A stretch of 64,000 nt of DNA from an uncultured Candidatus Saccharibacteria bacterium (GCA_964527185.1 CAZGOI010000001.1:167097-231096); one strand, 5' to 3'. Positions 19,603 to 30,108 are shown, counted from the stretch's first letter. The notes: generated by a model not told the origin, from the letters alone. Program-made: numbers and translations.

Positions 19603-20706
19603 ATGAATAAAAAACTTACAAAAATAATAAAAAACCTATCGGTAATTTCCCTCTTAGTATTTTTTGGTTTTATTTTGAAAATAAAAAATGTTTCAGCTGA
19701 TAACTATTCCTATGTTTGCGCAGATGGCGGTACAATAACTTCCACCGTATCGATATCTCCAAGTGGTCCGTTTCCACTAAATCCAAATACTTTTACCGCC
19801 TATGGCATGCTCACAGACAATTCGTGCACTGTTAACAATGTTAATCTAACCGTCCAAAATAATAGTGGTACTATCTACACCATAATTCCAACCCAACCGA
19901 TAAGTCTAAATGGACAAATTCCATTAGGTGCCCCCGCTTATCAGCAGTTAACCCCCCCAGCTTCTGCTGGCAACTATGCCGTTCACTTTGTAACTGGCGT
20001 TAATGAGAATGGAGGTGGCACGTATGGAGGTGGTTTTGCTCGTTGTTTTGTGGCCGATACTAAAGTGACAATGGCTGATGGTTCAAAGAAAAATATTCAG
20101 GATGTTAAAATTGGCGACATGTTAATGAGTAAGGGCGGAAACAATAAAGTTCTAGGCTTCCACCAGCCAAAACTTGGAAATCAAAAGCTATACTCATTCA
20201 ATAGTGGGAGATATTTCGTGACAGCCGAACACCCATTCCTGACAACTGATGGATGGAAATCTTTAGATCCAGAAAAAACAGCAAATGAGCACCTCAACAT
20301 AAATATTACGGCGCTACACGTCGGCGACATGCTTATCACAGACCATGGAAATGTGAAACTAAATTCTATAAATGGAAAATATGAGAGTAGTGATACACAA
20401 CTATATAACTTTATTCTAGATGGCGATCATACATATTATGCAGATGGTTATTTGGTTCACAACAAGGTTGGTTGCACAGCAGATGGCTCGGGTGCGCCAA
20501 ACTACCCACTGTGTCCAAGTAATATTTACTGTCTAGACAGTACACCACCCCCAACGGGTGCCCTGGCTTACCCTCCAAATTCAAGTAACGTCGGGACATG
20601 TTCTATCCCGTGCTCAGTACCAGAATCAAATCCACAAGCATATTGTACTGCTAACCCAGGTAGAACGTTCTGTTCGACAGACCTTTATATGCACAACTGC
20701 CCCTAA
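19603..20706 (+). CDS. secreted protein with bacterial intein-like (Hint) domain and Cys-rich C-terminus
   Basis: Signal peptide. Hint block A CFVADTKV, block B TAEHPF, C-terminal block YNFILDGDHTYYADGYLVHN ending His-Asn. The next residue is Lys, not a nucleophile, so it resembles a BIL A-type rather than a true intein. Followed by a Cys-rich tail. Confidence 0.65.
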   Translation: MNKKLTKIIKNLSVISLLVFFGFILKIKNVSADNYSYVCADGGTITSTVSISPSGPFPLNPNTFTAYGMLTDNSCTVNNVNLTVQNNSGTIYTIIPTQPISLNGQIPLGAPAYQQLTPPASAGNYAVHFVTGVNENGGGTYGGGFARCFVADTKVTMADGSKKNIQDVKIGDMLMSKGGNNKVLGFHQPKLGNQKLYSFNSGRYFVTAEHPFLTTDGWKSLDPEKTANEHLNINITALHVGDMLITDHGNVKLNSINGKYESSDTQLYNFILDGDHTYYADGYLVHNKVGCTADGSGAPNYPLCPSNIYCLDSTPPPTGALAYPPNSSNVGTCSIPCSVPESNPQAYCTANPGRTFCSTDLYMHNCP

Positions 20707-20736
20707 ATTATTAGTGATCTAAGCTAGAGATAAAGT

Positions 20737-22035
20737 ATGAAAAAAACAATCACGAAATATTTAATACTCTCAACTGCGACTTTGTTTGCTCTATTTGGTT
20801 TTTGGAATAAATCTTTGGCGTGGAATTATGTTCAATACGACGTAAGTTACGTTGTTAGTGCTACTCCTGTTCCAGTCGTCACGATCACTGCAAACCCGAC
20901 ATCTGGTACTGTCAATTCAGTCCATGGGATTCTGTCTTGGAGCGCGACCAACAATCCGACCTCATGCAGCGCTTCTGGCGATTGGTCTGGGGCGCAGGCG
21001 GTATCTGGCAACAATGTTGACCAAGGAGTCTTGACTCAAGTTCGCACATATACCTACACCCTAACTTGTTCAAATGCTAGTGGCACGAGTTCACCTGCTT
21101 CAGCCACTGTGGTTGTAAACTCTGCAACTAACAACCCCCCAACGTGTAATGCTGGTGCAAACCAAAGCATAACCCTACCTACTAATTCAGTCTCACTCTC
21201 TGGCTCTGGATCAGACCCAGATGGTGACCCAATAACCTATCAATGGTCTAAAACAGCCGGTCCAAGTTCATATAACATATCTTCACCGACATCAGCATCG
21301 ACTTCAGTAACTGGGTTAGTTCAAGGCACGTACACATTCCAATTTGTTACCACAGATAATCATGGAGCAAGTTGTTCACCAGTAAGCACAACTCAAGTAA
21401 CTGTAAATCCTGCCGCTAGTCCAAGTGGTTCTCTGACAGTTTCGCCAAACACTTGTACAATTTCCTCTGGGGCAAGTACTTGCAGTGTCACTGGCGCGAC
21501 GTGGACGACAAGTAACACAACATCGCCACAACTTCAGGACGGGAACACTGGTAATATACTCTCAACGCTTGCCAATAATGCGACACCACTGCAAGTTTGG
21601 GTTGCCTATCCTTCGACCACGTTTAATCTAAAAGACGGTGGCACACTACTTGATTCGAAAGTAGCAACGGCTTCGTGTACTGGCGGCACGTCTTGGAATG
21701 GAACTATTTGCGCAACAGTTGTTGTTAACGGAGTTTGTGCAGCTACCCACTGGAATTGTACCGCTGGAACAAGTATAAATAATGCAACTGGTGCAAACTC
21801 GTGGACATGGCAATGCAAAGGCTCTGGTGGTGGTTCAACTGCATCGTGTTCAGAAAATTTCCCAGTAGGCAGCCCTCAATGTAGCGATGGTATAGACAAT
21901 AATGGCGATGGGTTAATAGATTCAAACCAGCCATCTTGTCATACAGATTGCAATGCCAATAATGCTTCCTCTTACAATCCTAATCTAAACAACGAAGCCA
22001 AGAGGTGCATAAACCCGATATATAAGGAACTTTAA
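20737..22035 (+). CDS. secreted PKD-domain repeat protein
   Basis: Signal peptide. Ser/Thr-rich Ig-like repeats. PKD signature SGSGSDPDGDPITYQWSKTAGP. Cys-rich C-terminus. Confidence 0.6.
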   Translation: MKKTITKYLILSTATLFALFGFWNKSLAWNYVQYDVSYVVSATPVPVVTITANPTSGTVNSVHGILSWSATNNPTSCSASGDWSGAQAVSGNNVDQGVLTQVRTYTYTLTCSNASGTSSPASATVVVNSATNNPPTCNAGANQSITLPTNSVSLSGSGSDPDGDPITYQWSKTAGPSSYNISSPTSASTSVTGLVQGTYTFQFVTTDNHGASCSPVSTTQVTVNPAASPSGSLTVSPNTCTISSGASTCSVTGATWTTSNTTSPQLQDGNTGNILSTLANNATPLQVWVAYPSTTFNLKDGGTLLDSKVATASCTGGTSWNGTICATVVVNGVCAATHWNCTAGTSINNATGANSWTWQCKGSGGGSTASCSENFPVGSPQCSDGIDNNGDGLIDSNQPSCHTDCNANNASSYNPNLNNEAKRCINPIYKEL

Positions 22036-22043
22036 AATAAATA

Positions 22044-22076
22044 AAAAACACCCTGAAACAAGAGGGTATTTTTTAT
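22044..22076 (+). terminator. intrinsic terminator
   Basis: CACCCT-GAAACAAG-AGGGT hairpin followed by TATTTTTTATTT. Confidence 0.6.
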
Positions 22077-22104
22077 TTGACATTATTTTTTAATTTGCTA
22101 GTAT
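22077..22104 (+). promoter_or_regulatory. promoter of tuf / S10 operon (TTGACA-16-TGCTAGTAT)
   Basis: TTGACA at 22077-22082, extended -10 TGCTAGTAT ending at 22104. The same motif recurs at 26777, 30143 and 60567. Confidence 0.6.
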
Positions 22105-22214
22105 TGGAAAATCGTATGTAAATACCCATCTCGGGTATCTCTCGATAAGAGAGTAATTATTAGTAATTTATGTCCCTCGCTAATTAACACTTAGCTCGGG
22201 ACCAATAAAAAAAT

Positions 22215-23414
22215 ATGGCAGAAGAATTTAATCGAGATAAGCCTCACGTAAATGTGGGCACCATTGGTCACGTTGACCACGGTAAAACAACATTAACAGC
22301 CGCTATCCTTGCAATACTTGCCCGTGCAGGTGATGGCTATGGCGCGAAGATAAAAGGTGTCGATCAGATCGACTCAGCACCTGAAGAAAAAGCTCGTGGT
22401 ATCACGATCGCTCTTTCTCACAACGAGTACTGGACGCCAACACGTCACTACGCTCACATAGATGCCCCTGGACACGCTGACTATATTAAAAACATGATCA
22501 CTGGTGCTGCTCAAATGGACGGCGCTGTGCTTGTCGTTGCTGCGACTGATGGTGCTATGCCTCAGACACGCGAGCACGTCCTCCTTGCAAAGCAAGTTGG
22601 TGTTCCAAAAATCATAGTGTTCTTAAATAAATGCGACATGGTTGACGACAAAGACATGATCGATCTCGTCGAAGAAGAAATTCGAGAGCTCCTAACAAAA
22701 CAAGGTTTCGATGGTGCCAATGCTCCAGTCATCCGCGGTTCAGGCCTAAAAGCTCTTGAATCTAAAGACAACAACGATGAGTGGGCCAAAAAAGTTATGG
22801 ATCTTGTCAACGCGCTTGATACCTACATTCCAATTCCAGAACGCGATACAGCAAAGCCATTCCTAATGCCAATCGAAGACATATTCTCAATCGAAGGCCG
22901 TGGCACTGTTGTCACTGGCAAGATTGAACGCGGAATCGTTAAAGTCGGTGAAGACGTAGAAATCGTCGGCATCAAAGACACTGCTAAGACCACAGTCACT
23001 GGTATCGAAATGTTCAACAAAAATTTGAAAGAAGGTATGGCCGGTGATAACGCTGGAATCCTTATTCGTGGTATCAAAAAAGAAGATATTACTCGCGGTC
23101 AAGTTCTTGCCAAGCCAGGTACAGTTACTCCGCACTCAGAATTTGAATGTGAGGTCTATGTCCTAAAAAAAGAAGAAGGTGGTCGTCACACTCCGTTCTT
23201 TACTGGTTACAAACCACAGTTTTATATCCGTACGACTGACGTAACCGGAGAGGCTACGCTTCCATCTGGCACCGAAATGGTTATGCCAGGCGATACGGTT
23301 AAACTTGCGGTCAAACTCGTAACTCCAGTTGCACTCGAAGAGCAAATGCACTTTGCTGTCCGTGAAGGTGGCAAGACAGTTGGTGCCGGTGTCGTTACAA
23401 AGATTGTTAAGTAA
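22215..23414 (+). CDS. tuf: elongation factor Tu
   Basis: 399 aa. [18 protein letters not shown] and NKCD G-motifs. Confidence 0.95.
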   Translation: MAEEFNRDKPHVNVGTIGHVDHGKTTLTAAILAILARAGDGYGAKIKGVDQIDSAPEEKARGITIALSHNEYWTPTRHYAHIDAPGHADYIKNMITGAAQMDGAVLVVAATDGAMPQTREHVLLAKQVGVPKIIVFLNKCDMVDDKDMIDLVEEEIRELLTKQGFDGANAPVIRGSGLKALESKDNNDEWAKKVMDLVNALDTYIPIPERDTAKPFLMPIEDIFSIEGRGTVVTGKIERGIVKVGEDVEIVGIKDTAKTTVTGIEMFNKNLKEGMAGDNAGILIRGIKKEDITRGQVLAKPGTVTPHSEFECEVYVLKKEEGGRHTPFFTGYKPQFYIRTTDVTGEATLPSGTEMVMPGDTVKLAVKLVTPVALEEQMHFAVREGGKTVGAGVVTKIVK

Positions 23415-23452
23415 ATACTTAGCAAGTCCCGCTCTTTATTAATTACAAACGT

Positions 23453-23818
23453 ATGGCAACAAATAAAACTACAAATAAAGTCGCAACCAAAACAAAAAAG
23501 AAAGAAGATCAGGTTGTGAAATTGCGCATCAGAGTGCGAGCATACGAGAATAAAATTCTCGATGCTTCGGTCAAGCAGATAATAGATACTGCCACTCGCT
23601 ATGATGCCAAGATCATCGGCCCGATTCCGCTACCGACTGAAATAAAAAAATATACAGTCAATCGAGCATCGTTTGTATTTAAAAATGCTCGCGAACAATT
23701 TGAAATTAGAATTCATAAGCGCGTAATCGATATCCTAAACCCTAACCCAAAGACGATCGAAGCGCTGACCAACCTCTCTCTTCCATCGGGAGTTGATATC
23801 GATGTGAAGATGATGTAA
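23453..23818 (+). CDS. rpsJ: 30S ribosomal protein S10 (N-terminally extended)
   Basis: S10 core KLRIRVRAYENKILD..IIGPIPLPTE with a 20-aa Lys/Thr-rich N-terminal extension. Confidence 0.85.
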   Translation: MATNKTTNKVATKTKKKEDQVVKLRIRVRAYENKILDASVKQIIDTATRYDAKIIGPIPLPTEIKKYTVNRASFVFKNAREQFEIRIHKRVIDILNPNPKTIEALTNLSLPSGVDIDVKMM

Positions 23819-23830
23819 TAGAAAATCAAT

Positions 23831-24448
23831 ATGAAATTTATCCTAGGTAAAAAACAGCATATGATGCAGTGCTTTGATGAAAGTGGCAAGGTCGTCCCTA
23901 CTACTGTTATTGAGGCTGGTCCACTGATTGTAACCCAGGTTAAAAATGGTGAAAGTGACGGCTATACTGCTATCCAAGTAGCGTATCTTGAGCAAAAGAA
24001 AAATAGGGCAAGCAAAGCTCACTTGGGTCATGTCAAAAAAGCTGGACTCCCAGAAGATTCTGCATTCAAACACTTGCGTGAATTCCGCGATATCGAAGAG
24101 GTCGCCGTCGGCGACAAGATCACCGTCGAAGCTTTTGCCAAGGGCGACGTCGTGACCATCTCTGGTGTTTCAAAATCAAAAGGCTTTCAAGGTGTTGTTA
24201 AAAGACATGGTTTCTCTGGTGGGCCAAGGTCTCACGGCCAGAAGCACTCTGAACGCGAACCGGGTTCGATCGGTGGTGGTCTTCGTAATAAAGTTCCGAA
24301 AGATATGCGCATGGCCGGCCGAATGGGAGGCGATAGAATTACTGTCAAAAATCTTGAAATTGTCGGAATCGACAAAGAGCACAATCAAATTCTTGTTAAA
24401 GGTGCAATTCCAGGACGACGTGGAACACTCATCGAAATCATAGGCTAA
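23831..24448 (+). CDS. rplC: 50S ribosomal protein L3
   Basis: Operon position and L3 motifs (GxxKGKGFQG). Confidence 0.85.
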   Translation: MKFILGKKQHMMQCFDESGKVVPTTVIEAGPLIVTQVKNGESDGYTAIQVAYLEQKKNRASKAHLGHVKKAGLPEDSAFKHLREFRDIEEVAVGDKITVEAFAKGDVVTISGVSKSKGFQGVVKRHGFSGGPRSHGQKHSEREPGSIGGGLRNKVPKDMRMAGRMGGDRITVKNLEIVGIDKEHNQILVKGAIPGRRGTLIEIIG

Positions 24449-24451
24449 TTT

Positions 24452-25132
24452 ATGGAAACACAAGTATACAATCAAAAAGGTACAGCTATTGGTAAACTTG
24501 AATTACCAAAAGAAATTTTTGGTTTGCCTTGGAACGCAGATTTAGTGCACCAGGTTGCGACTGCCATGACTGCCAATGCACGCACGCCAGTAGCCCATAC
24601 AAAATTCCGCGGAGAGGTTCGCGGTGGTGGCAAGAAACCATGGCGTCAAAAAGGCACCGGTCGCGCCAGACACGGTTCGACCCGCTCGCCGATCTGGGTC
24701 GGGGGTGGTATTACCCATGGTCCGCGCAATGAAAAAATATATGCAAAGAAAATAAACAAAAAGATGAGCACAAAAGCGCTGTTTGTGGTCCTATCAGAAA
24801 AAGCTCGTCGCGGCCAAATTCTTTTCCTCGAAGAAATAAACCTAAAAAATATTAAAACAAAAGATGCTGCTCAAATTATAAATAATCTTAGCAAGGTTAA
24901 AGGGTTTGAAAAAATTGTCGGTGGTAAAAAGAAAAATACATACATCACTCTTCCGGCTAAAAGCAATATTATAAAGAAAAGTTTTGGCAACTTGCCAACT
25001 GTCACCATCGATGAAGTCAGAAACATTAGCCCGCTTGGCTTGCTATCGTATAAATACATCGTTATGTCTCAACCAAAAGAAAGTTTTGCATTCTTGGGCG
25101 GCAAGATTGAAAAGAAAGTAGCAAAGAAATAA
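24452..25132 (+). CDS. rplD: 50S ribosomal protein L4
   Basis: Position after L3. KKPWRQKGTGRAR motif. Confidence 0.85.
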   Translation: METQVYNQKGTAIGKLELPKEIFGLPWNADLVHQVATAMTANARTPVAHTKFRGEVRGGGKKPWRQKGTGRARHGSTRSPIWVGGGITHGPRNEKIYAKKINKKMSTKALFVVLSEKARRGQILFLEEINLKNIKTKDAAQIINNLSKVKGFEKIVGGKKKNTYITLPAKSNIIKKSFGNLPTVTIDEVRNISPLGLLSYKYIVMSQPKESFAFLGGKIEKKVAKK

Positions 25133-25133
25133 T

Positions 25134-25463
25134 ATGGCAAAAGAAAAAACTAAAACCAAAGAAGCAAAAGACAAAGAAGAGGGTAAGAAAATCTCACACC
25201 CGCTTATTTTGGGCACGCGTATCACCGAGCGCTCATCGATCGCCGCCGATAGGGGGGTCTATACATTCAACGTCGTCAAAGATGCAAACAAATCTGAAAT
25301 AAAAAAAGCGATAAAAAAGCTTTACAATGTAACCCCGGTCAAAATTGCCATCGCAAAAATTCAAAGTAAAACAGTCGTGCGCCAAGGCGTCGTCGGTACT
25401 AGAGCCGGCGGTAAAAAAGCCATCGTCTATTTAAAAAAGGGCGACAAAATAGCATTTGTATAA
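25134..25463 (+). CDS. rplW: 50S ribosomal protein L23
   Basis: Position and size. Lys-rich N-terminal extension. Confidence 0.8.
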   Translation: MAKEKTKTKEAKDKEEGKKISHPLILGTRITERSSIAADRGVYTFNVVKDANKSEIKKAIKKLYNVTPVKIAIAKIQSKTVVRQGVVGTRAGGKKAIVYLKKGDKIAFV

Positions 25464-26319
25464 TATGAAAACATATAGACCAACAACTCCATCAAGAAGA
25501 AGCCAAACAACCGTATCGTATCGCGGCGTTTTGTCTGGTCACAAGAAAAATAAATCTCTAACGTACGGCTTCAAGCGCGCCGTCGGCCGCAACAACCAGG
25601 GTCGCATCACTACTCGGCACAAAGGTGGCGGCCACAAGCGCCTCTATCGCGAGGTAGATTTTATGTATAACAAGAAAGACATTCCGGCCAAGATTGCTTC
25701 GATCGAGTACGACCCAAACCGCAACGCATTCATCTCACTTGCTATCTATGCCGATGGTGAGAAGCGATATGTTATCGTTCCAAAGTCTATGAAAATTGGC
25801 GACAAATTTATCGTCAGCGACAAGGCCCCGCTTTCAATCGGTAATAGATTGCCACTTCGTCTTATACCAGTTGGAACTTTTATTTACAATATTGAGATAA
25901 AGCCTGGTAATGGCGCAAAACTTGTTCGTAGTGCTGGAGTTTTCGGCCAAGTTGTAGCAAATGACGGCGGTTATTCAAATATTAAAATGCCATCGACAGA
26001 GGTTCGAAAAATTTCTGAGAATTGTTATGCATCGATCGGCGAAGTCTCAAACTCTGAATATAAATTGCAAAATTTTGGCAAAGCAGGTCGCTCACGCTGG
26101 AAGGGTATCCGCCCGACAGTTCGTGGTTCTGTCATGAACCCAGTCGATCACCCACACGGTGGTGGTGAGGGCCGGCAGGGCAGAGGCACCCGCCGAGCCA
26201 AAAGCATGTGGGGCAAGCCGACCGGCAAGGGCCAGAAAACAAGAACGCCAAAGAAATATTCTAATATGTGGGTCGTGTCTCGTCGAAAAGTTGGCAAATC
26301 AAAAAATTCAAAAATCTAA
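25456..26319 (+). CDS. rplB: 50S ribosomal protein L2
   Basis: 287 aa. L2 motifs, including [12 protein letters not shown]. Confidence 0.9.
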   Translation: MYNMKTYRPTTPSRRSQTTVSYRGVLSGHKKNKSLTYGFKRAVGRNNQGRITTRHKGGGHKRLYREVDFMYNKKDIPAKIASIEYDPNRNAFISLAIYADGEKRYVIVPKSMKIGDKFIVSDKAPLSIGNRLPLRLIPVGTFIYNIEIKPGNGAKLVRSAGVFGQVVANDGGYSNIKMPSTEVRKISENCYASIGEVSNSEYKLQNFGKAGRSRWKGIRPTVRGSVMNPVDHPHGGGEGRQGRGTRRAKSMWGKPTGKGQKTRTPKKYSNMWVVSRRKVGKSKNSKI

Positions 26320-26346
26320 ATTACAAAAGCGCCCAATAAAGCGCTT

Positions 26347-26760
26347 TTGTTGTATAATAATCACATGGAAGAAAAACTTTCTGAAAAAGCAAGATTCTCA
26401 ATAGTCGCCCGCATAAAAAGCACCAACCACGCGCTTCGTGGGCTTATAATTTTTTTCAAAGGTACTCACAACGCCTGGCTCCATTTATTTTTTGGAATAG
26501 CGGCAGTCTACCTCGGGTTTATACTCCATATATCAAGCGGTGAATGGGCGACGCTCGTTCTAACCATCGGCCTCGTTATGGTAACTGAAGCTATAAATAC
26601 TGCAATCGAAATCGATATCAATCTAACAAGCCCAACCTATCACCCGTATGCCCGCGATACTAAAGACATCGCTGCCGCCACTGTTGTAATTGCCATCATA
26701 GCTGCGGGCACAAACGGCCTCATAATTTTTCTCCCAAAAATTTTAACCCTAATGAAATAA
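26347..26760 (+). CDS. dgkA: diacylglycerol/undecaprenol kinase family (DgkA-like) membrane protein
   Basis: 137 aa, 3 TM helices. DAGK_prokar signature region VTEAINTAIE. Inserted between rplB and rpsS. Confidence 0.65.
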   Translation: MLYNNHMEEKLSEKARFSIVARIKSTNHALRGLIIFFKGTHNAWLHLFFGIAAVYLGFILHISSGEWATLVLTIGLVMVTEAINTAIEIDINLTSPTYHPYARDTKDIAAATVVIAIIAAGTNGLIIFLPKILTLMK

Positions 26761-26776
26761 AAACCATTTAATTAGT

Positions 26777-26804
26777 TTGACTTTATTTTTAGTTTTGCTA
26801 GTAT
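26777..26804 (+). promoter_or_regulatory. internal promoter (TTGACT-16-TGCTAGTAT) before rpsS
   Basis: Same architecture as the tuf promoter. Confidence 0.5.
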
Positions 26805-26841
26805 AGGCAGACAAGCTCATGGCGAGCTTATTTATATTGTT

Positions 26842-27183
26842 ATGACACGATCGCTTAGCAAGGGCCCGTTTGTCGACCCTCGACTTCTAAAGAAGATTGC
26901 CGGCAAAAAACCAATAGAAACCGGTGTAATAAAGACCTGGTCTCGTTCTTGCGTTATTTCGCCAGAAATGGTTGGTTTTGTCTTCGGGGTTCACAATGGC
27001 AAAAACCATATCGAAGTGCTCGTCGGTGAAGACATGGTTGGCCACCGGCTCGGCGAATTCTCGCCGACCCGCAAGTTTGTTAAACACGGAGGCAAGATGC
27101 AGAAAGAATTAGAAGAGAAAAAGAAAGAAGCCGAGATCGCCGCCGCCAAATCTGCCAAGGCTACGATAGAAGATAAAAAATAA
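26842..27183 (+). CDS. rpsS: 30S ribosomal protein S19 (C-terminally extended)
   Basis: [19 protein letters not shown]. Lys-rich tail. Confidence 0.9.
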   Translation: MTRSLSKGPFVDPRLLKKIAGKKPIETGVIKTWSRSCVISPEMVGFVFGVHNGKNHIEVLVGEDMVGHRLGEFSPTRKFVKHGGKMQKELEEKKKEAEIAAAKSAKATIEDKK

Positions 27184-27192
27184 TTTGTTATT

Positions 27193-27597
27193 ATGAAAGC
27201 GTTTTTAAAAAATTACAGACAGTCTCCTCGCAAGGTTCGCCTTGTGACAGAGCTCATCAAAGGCAAAAGGGTTGCCGAAGCTTTTACCCATTTAGATTTT
27301 TTGCCAAAGCGAGCTAGCGAGCCAATCCGCAAACTCCTCGCTTCGGCTGTTGCTAACGCTAAAGCTTCTGGTATATCTGAGGAGGATTTGGTGGTTGCAA
27401 GTGTCGTCGTGAACAAAGGCATCGTGCTTAAGCGTGTTATGCCGCGGGCTCGCGGTAGCGCTTCTCGCATCAACAAGCGCACTAGCCACGTTACCCTCGT
27501 ACTATCAAATAATCCGGTAAATAAAAAAGAAGAAAAGAAAATTGAAAAAACAGAGAAGAAAACAGTAAAAACTAAAAAAGCAAAAGCTGCAAAATAA
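27193..27597 (+). CDS. rplV: 50S ribosomal protein L22
   Basis: Position. L22 core with Lys-rich tail. Confidence 0.8.
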   Translation: MKAFLKNYRQSPRKVRLVTELIKGKRVAEAFTHLDFLPKRASEPIRKLLASAVANAKASGISEEDLVVASVVVNKGIVLKRVMPRARGSASRINKRTSHVTLVLSNNPVNKKEEKKIEKTEKKTVKTKKAKAAK

Positions 27598-27599
27598 TT

Positions 27600-28286
27600 A
27601 TGTCAAAAGTTGTCCACCCATATTCACATAGACTAGTAATCCTCCGCGACTGGAAGTCGCGCTGGTTTGCCGATAAAAAATACAAACACTTGCTTGCAAG
27701 TGACGTAGTCATTCGCGAGTTTCTGGCTAAAAAATTGCGTGGCTTTTATGTTTCTCGTATTGATATCGAGCGCAATGTTAAATCGACCCGCGTTATTGTC
27801 CACACTTCTCGTCCTGGTATGATCATCGGTCGCTCTGGCGAAGGCGCTGCAAAAATAAAAACAGAACTTGCAACCTATATGAAGAAGCGCGGCGTGGCCG
27901 TGCCGGAAGATTTTAAATTTGATATCGTTGAAGTTACAAACCCAGACGCCGATGCGGCCATCATCGCCTGCTCGATTGCCGAGGGTATAGAGAAGCGTCT
28001 ACCGTATCGAAGAGTCATCAAACAAGCGATCGATAAAGTCATGGCGGCTCGGGGAGTGAAGGGCGCTCGCATATACGTTGGCGGCCGTTTGGCTGGAGCC
28101 GAGATCGCCCGCACAGAACAGATAAAACGAGGTTCTATACCACTGCAGACATTTCGAGCCGATGTTGATTTTGCTCGCGAGAAGGCCCACATGAGTTACG
28201 GCGATATCGGTATCAAAGTTTGGATTTACCGCGGTGAAGTTTTTGAAAAAGGAAACGAAGCGACGAGTAAAAGCATTAAGAAATAA
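27600..28286 (+). CDS. rpsC: 30S ribosomal protein S3
   Basis: KH domain and S3-C motifs. Confidence 0.9.
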   Translation: MSKVVHPYSHRLVILRDWKSRWFADKKYKHLLASDVVIREFLAKKLRGFYVSRIDIERNVKSTRVIVHTSRPGMIIGRSGEGAAKIKTELATYMKKRGVAVPEDFKFDIVEVTNPDADAAIIACSIAEGIEKRLPYRRVIKQAIDKVMAARGVKGARIYVGGRLAGAEIARTEQIKRGSIPLQTFRADVDFAREKAHMSYGDIGIKVWIYRGEVFEKGNEATSKSIKK

Positions 28287-28291
28287 TTTTT

Positions 28292-28708
28292 ATGTTACTA
28301 CCAAAAAAAGTAAAATTTAGAAAGTGGCACACCAACCGAAAAGACATGTCTCTGGTTACCCCCGAGACTCGCGGTATTACTGTTTCGTTTGGTTCGTTCG
28401 GCCTCAAGGCTACAACCGGCGGTCGCATTCGCTCAAACCAGATCGAGTCGGCCCGCAAGGCGGCTACTCGCTCGATGGGCAAAACCGGCCGGATGTGGAT
28501 CCGCATTTTTCCTGATAGGCCGTTCACTGCCAAGCCAGCTGAAGTCGGCATGGGAAAGGGCAAGGGCGACCCGCAGGGTTACTGCCTCGATATCCGCCCG
28601 GGCCGAGTACTTTTTGAAATCGATGGCGTCAGCGAGCCGGTTGCCCGCGAAGCTCTGCGTAAAGCCGGCACAAAATTACCAGTAAATACTCGCGTTGTTG
28701 CTAGATAA
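28292..28708 (+). CDS. rplP: 50S ribosomal protein L16
   Basis: [16 protein letters not shown] motifs. Confidence 0.9.
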   Translation: MLLPKKVKFRKWHTNRKDMSLVTPETRGITVSFGSFGLKATTGGRIRSNQIESARKAATRSMGKTGRMWIRIFPDRPFTAKPAEVGMGKGKGDPQGYCLDIRPGRVLFEIDGVSEPVAREALRKAGTKLPVNTRVVAR

Positions 28709-28709
28709 T

Positions 28710-28955
28710 ATGAATAAAACAAACAAACAAACAAAAAAAGCGTTGAAAGGTATCGTCGTTTCAGATAAAATGGCCAAGACCGTAGTGGTTAAGGTCACGC
28801 GTTTTGTCGAGCACCCAAAATATGGCAAGAGAATTAAAAAGACAAAAAACTACAAAGCCCACGATGAGAAAAATGAAAAGAAAATTGATGACACAGTCAT
28901 GATCGAAGAAGTTCGACCAATTTCAAAAGACAAAAGGTTTAAAGTAATAGAATAA
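28710..28955 (+). CDS. rpsQ: 30S ribosomal protein S17
   Basis: [16 protein letters not shown] motif. The likely start is ATG at 28710 rather than 28695. No rpmC (L29) lies between L16 and S17. Confidence 0.8.
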   Translation: MNKTNKQTKKALKGIVVSDKMAKTVVVKVTRFVEHPKYGKRIKKTKNYKAHDEKNEKKIDDTVMIEEVRPISKDKRFKVIE

Positions 28956-28964
28956 TAAATTTTT

Positions 28965-29336
28965 ATGATTCAAGACGGAACAGTAGTAAATATCACAGAC
29001 AACGCCGGCGGTAAAGTCGGCAAAGTATTCAAAGTACTCGGCGCTTCAAAGCGACGCTACGCTGGGATTGGCGACAAAGTTATCATCTCTGTTAAGGTCG
29101 CCGACCCGAGAAAGGCAGTCAAGAAAAAAGGAGTCCACCAAGCCGTTGTTGTTCGCACGGTCAAAGCCTATCGCAGAGACGATGGTTCATATATCAGATT
29201 CGACGACAACGCAGTCGTCATACTTGAAAAAGATAAGCTTGACCCAATCGGCGGCCGTGTCTTTGGCCCGATCCCGAGAGAGTTGGCTGAGCGCGGTTAT
29301 CAGAAAATTATTTCCCTAGCCCAAGAGGTTATTTAA
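28965..29336 (+). CDS. rplN: 50S ribosomal protein L14
   Basis: MIQ..NITDNAGG start. 123 aa. Confidence 0.9.
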   Translation: MIQDGTVVNITDNAGGKVGKVFKVLGASKRRYAGIGDKVIISVKVADPRKAVKKKGVHQAVVVRTVKAYRRDDGSYIRFDDNAVVILEKDKLDPIGGRVFGPIPRELAERGYQKIISLAQEVI

Positions 29337-29341
29337 ATTTT

Positions 29342-29560
29342 ATGAAGATCAAAAAAGGAGACAATGTAATAGTGCTTGCAGGCAACGACAAAGGCAAAAA
29401 AGGCAAAGTCATAAAGTCTATGCCGAAAGAGGGTAAAGTAATCGTCGAAGGCGTAAATATGATGAAAAAATCTCGCAAGGCCGAGAAGCGCGGCGAGCAA
29501 GGCCAAATACTTGAAAAGGCTATGCCGATTCATATTTCAAATATTGCTAAACACAGTTAA
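29342..29560 (+). CDS. rplX: 50S ribosomal protein L24 (short)
   Basis: KIKKGDNVIVLAGNDKGKKG KOW motif. Confidence 0.85.
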   Translation: MKIKKGDNVIVLAGNDKGKKGKVIKSMPKEGKVIVEGVNMMKKSRKAEKRGEQGQILEKAMPIHISNIAKHS

Positions 29561-29568
29561 AAAATATT

Positions 29569-30108
29569 ATGGAAACAGTCAAACAAAAAGAAAAAAAATC
29601 ATTTGCTACCCTAAAGTCTAAATACGGCTACAAGGGTTCTATGGCTGCGCCTCGATTGGTCAAAGTTGTGGTTGCAACTGGCACGGGTACGGGAATAAAA
29701 AAAGACAAAGATCGCAACAAATTTGTTATGGACCGTTTAGCAAAAATTACTGGCCAAAAACCGGCAACTCGCGGTGCCAAAAAGTCTATCGCAAGCTTCA
29801 AAGTTCGCCTCGGTGACCCGATCGGCGTTATGGTCACCCTCCGCGGAGCTCGGATGTATGGCTTTCTAGACAAACTCATCAATGTTGCCATTCCTCGCAC
29901 AAAAGATTTTCGAGGTATCGAAAGAAAAGTCGTCGACAACATCGGCAACATGACCCTCGGCATCAAAGAACACACCATTTTCCCAGAAACAGCCGATGAA
30001 GACATCAAAGATATTTTTGGTCTGTCTGTTACTATTGTTTCGACAGCAAAAAACAAAGCCGAAGCCACAGACTTCTTTGAACTCCTAGGCGTACCATTTA
30101 AGAAATAA
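29569..30108 (+). CDS. rplE: 50S ribosomal protein L5
   Basis: 179 aa. L5 motifs and operon position. Confidence 0.85.
   Translation: METVKQKEKKSFATLKSKYGYKGSMAAPRLVKVVVATGTGTGIKKDKDRNKFVMDRLAKITGQKPATRGAKKSIASFKVRLGDPIGVMVTLRGARMYGFLDKLINVAIPRTKDFRGIERKVVDNIGNMTLGIKEHTIFPETADEDIKDIFGLSVTIVSTAKNKAEATDFFELLGVPFKK

Noticed and set aside
22374-23425. Multiple 60-85 aa antisense ORFs within tuf, and similar ones inside the ribosomal protein genes, secY and rny
   Set aside because: They are shadow ORFs of highly expressed, well-identified genes. They have no motifs or independent signals.
28695-28709. S17 start at 28695 overlapping rplP
   Set aside because: ATG at 28710 directly follows the rplP stop and gives the conserved S17 N-terminus. 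The 5-codon upstream extension is probably not translated, though this cannot be decided from sequence alone.
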